IMG/VR virus record: IMGVR_UViG_3300021057_000274
Location: 325,332-389,331 of that record
DNA length: 64,000 nt
Strand: one strand, 5' to 3'
The translations under genes and the position numbers were made by a program. Each line of letters begins with the position of its first letter. The stretch's first letter is position 1. Of the stretch, positions 62,114 to 64,000 are shown one piece after another. A model generated the notes under the pieces. That model saw only the letters and a list, made by a program, of their open reading frames with translations, made no database searches and was not told the DNA's origin.

Positions 62114-62626
62114 ATGACCTTTCGCAAGCGTGAGCCGCTCACCGAGAAGCGCCGGCGAAGCGACGAGAGGTACCGCGAGTGGATGAACTCGTCGGAGTAC
62201 AAGGCGATCATCAAGAAGCTTGAGGAGCTTCCCCCGATCGCCGCTTGCTTGCGCGAATACGCTGGCTCAAACATCAAGTCGCAGCTCCGCGTCAAGCTCT
62301 GGCAACAGGTCGAGGGGACATGCAAGTGGTGCGGCAAGCTAACATTTCTGCTCAAGCCCTCCGAGAAGTTTCACCACGGCAAGGTCGAGCGCGGCGGCCG
62401 CGACCCGAACTTGATCGCGACCGTTGACCACCTCTTCTCCAAGTATCACCCGGAGAAGGACTCGGCCGCGCAAGACTTCGTCCTGGCTTGCGCGCTCTGT
62501 AACAACACCCGGCAGCACGAGGAGGCGATGAGGTACGTCGGACTTGACGAGCTGAGGAAGCGGTCAGGTCGTCTCCCTCTAGATCCAAGCTGGCCATTTC
62601 CGCAACCGAGGAGGCCGCGTGCCTGA
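62114..62626 (+). CDS. HNH-like endonuclease
   Basis: CKWCG...ATVDHL...VLACALCN..R. Confidence 0.7.
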   Translation: MTFRKREPLTEKRRRSDERYREWMNSSEYKAIIKKLEELPPIAACLREYAGSNIKSQLRVKLWQQVEGTCKWCGKLTFLLKPSEKFHHGKVERGGRDPNLIATVDHLFSKYHPEKDSAAQDFVLACALCNNTRQHEEAMRYVGLDELRKRSGRLPLDPSWPFPQPRRPRA

Positions 62627-63554
62627 GGGTCCCGAGGTCAAGCGCTGCGGAGACGTTCTCCGCGGCATCCTCAAGGACAAGGTCGTCGTCAAGGCGTCAG
62701 CGCTGTCGGGAAAGCTTCAACGGCTGGGGGTCCTCGGGCTCAACGAGCTCAAGCTCCCGCTCAAGATCAACAACGTCTACACGATCGGGAAGGTGATCTT
62801 CATCCAGACGCTCAACGACAAGATGATCTTGTCGACCCTCGGGATGTCAGGATGGTGGTATCCGCCCGCGAGCCAGCTCTCTCCAACCGACACCAACGGT
62901 GTCGCGTACTACCAGGGAAAGATGCTCAGGGTCGGTGACGTCGTCAAGCGAGCCGAGAGCTACGCCAGGTTCGCGCTCGAGACCGAGGACGGTTCTCTAG
63001 CTCTCTACACCGACCCGAGAAACTTCGGCAATCTCAAGGTCTTGCCTGACGTCGAGGGGATGCGCGTCGCGCAAGGGTTAGGAGTAGACTTCTTCAACGA
63101 GCCTTGCGCGTACGGCAGCGCGGTCATGGCTCTCAAGAGGAAGCCTAACAAGGCGATCGGTGAAGTGCTCTTAGACCAGTCACTCATCGCGGGCATCGGC
63201 AACATCTATCGCGCGGAGGTGCTCTACGCGGCAGGCATCTCTCCGTTTAGGCTAGTGAGTGACCTCTCGAGCCACGAGCTTGACCTGTTGGTAAAGGCCG
63301 TCGAGACGGTCCTCAAGGTCTCGTATCACCAGGAGGGTACGATGACCTACACGACCGAGTTTCTCGCGATAACGCTCGGGAGGCACCCTGGCCTGATCGA
63401 CAAGCTTCGCTCCCTCGGTCGGCGAGCAGGCGGGCTCTCGTACATCGAGCGGATGCTCTGCTACGGTTACAAGATCGACATCTTTGGTTATAATGTCCAG
63501 ACCGCAAAGCTGGGCGGGAGAACGATCTGGTACGTGCCGGAGGTTCAACGGTGA
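62619..63554 (+). CDS. Fpg/Nei DNA glycosylase/AP lyase (zincless finger type)
   Basis: MPEGPEV, GK, LGMSG, D.RNFG, LLDQ..IAGIGNIYRAE, GRTIWYVPEVQ. Confidence 0.9.
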   Translation: MPEGPEVKRCGDVLRGILKDKVVVKASALSGKLQRLGVLGLNELKLPLKINNVYTIGKVIFIQTLNDKMILSTLGMSGWWYPPASQLSPTDTNGVAYYQGKMLRVGDVVKRAESYARFALETEDGSLALYTDPRNFGNLKVLPDVEGMRVAQGLGVDFFNEPCAYGSAVMALKRKPNKAIGEVLLDQSLIAGIGNIYRAEVLYAAGISPFRLVSDLSSHELDLLVKAVETVLKVSYHQEGTMTYTTEFLAITLGRHPGLIDKLRSLGRRAGGLSYIERMLCYGYKIDIFGYNVQTAKLGGRTIWYVPEVQR

Positions 63555-64000
63555 CTCAGAGGTATGAGCGGCTGAGGGTGATCGATCTGAATCGAGCGCT
63601 TGGCTTGATTCGTGAGAGCTACGAGAGCACGGGAGAGCCACACAAGCGGCGACGCGGGCGTGACAAGGGACCCAAGGTAGACATCGACGGGGTCTCGGTG
63701 CGCATCGGCTCTCTCAGGCTCTTGACCTTCGCTCTGAAGGGAACGGTCTGCGTCGAGTGCGGAAAGAGGGCTACCCACTTTGCGCTCGAGAGACCGCCCG
63801 GACAAGATGGTTCTTATCATCTCAACCTCTGGGCAGCCAACCCAGACGGCACCGAGACGCTCTTCACCCACGATCACATCCACCAGCGAAGCACCGGTGG
63901 CCGAGACGAGCTTGACAACTGCCAGCCGATGTGTCAACCGTGCAATCAAGCGAAGGCAGCCGAAGAGCAGAAGCTCTTCAACGCGCTCTCGAAGCGCTGA
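63551..64000 (+). CDS. HNH endonuclease
   Basis: CVECG...FTHDHI...GG.D...N.QPMC..CN..K. Confidence 0.8.
   Translation: MTQRYERLRVIDLNRALGLIRESYESTGEPHKRRRGRDKGPKVDIDGVSVRIGSLRLLTFALKGTVCVECGKRATHFALERPPGQDGSYHLNLWAANPDGTETLFTHDHIHQRSTGGRDELDNCQPMCQPCNQAKAAEEQKLFNALSKR

Noticed and set aside
1-64000. Stop-codon reassignment (alternative genetic code)
   Set aside because: Known proteins are full length under code 11, end in TAA, TAG and TGA alike, and no suppressor anticodon is present.
1-64000. CRISPR array, IS elements, integrase, rRNA
   Set aside because: No regularly spaced direct repeats, transposase/recombinase motifs or rRNA-like sequence seen.

Overview
A 64 kb segment of a GC-rich, T4-superfamily-like large (jumbo) bacteriophage genome. 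Genes are densely packed, often overlap by 1-4 nt, and lie almost all on the + strand. Two promoter classes recur: about 19 sigma70-like early promoters (T[T/G]TAC[T/A]-N17-TAnnnT) and about 11 T4-late-like TAAATA boxes. Recognisable genes include DNA ligase, rIIA/rIIB, a DinG-like helicase, an AAA+ ATPase, two RNA-ligase-like proteins, Pth2, Fpg/Nei, HNH nucleases, a GH19 endolysin, an M23 peptidase, SppA, bactofilin, a PrkA-YeaH-SpoVR triad, a J-domain/vWA/divergent PurA module, an AsfAB-like flavoprotein/ferredoxin pair, and about 14 small late proteins with T4 internal-protein-like capsid-targeting N-termini. The standout is 47235-50007. A leaderless 21-codon leader peptide (absent from the ORF track) has 14 consecutive core codons that are all read by tRNAs in the cluster directly downstream (all five Leu and four Ser isoacceptors, plus Tyr, Trp and Gly-CCC). 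It is coupled to mutually exclusive terminator/antiterminator helices. This looks like a phage attenuator that senses host tRNA loss and switches on replacement tRNAs, several of which have non-canonical 8/4 folds. All calls come from reading motifs by eye; no searches or folding programs were run.
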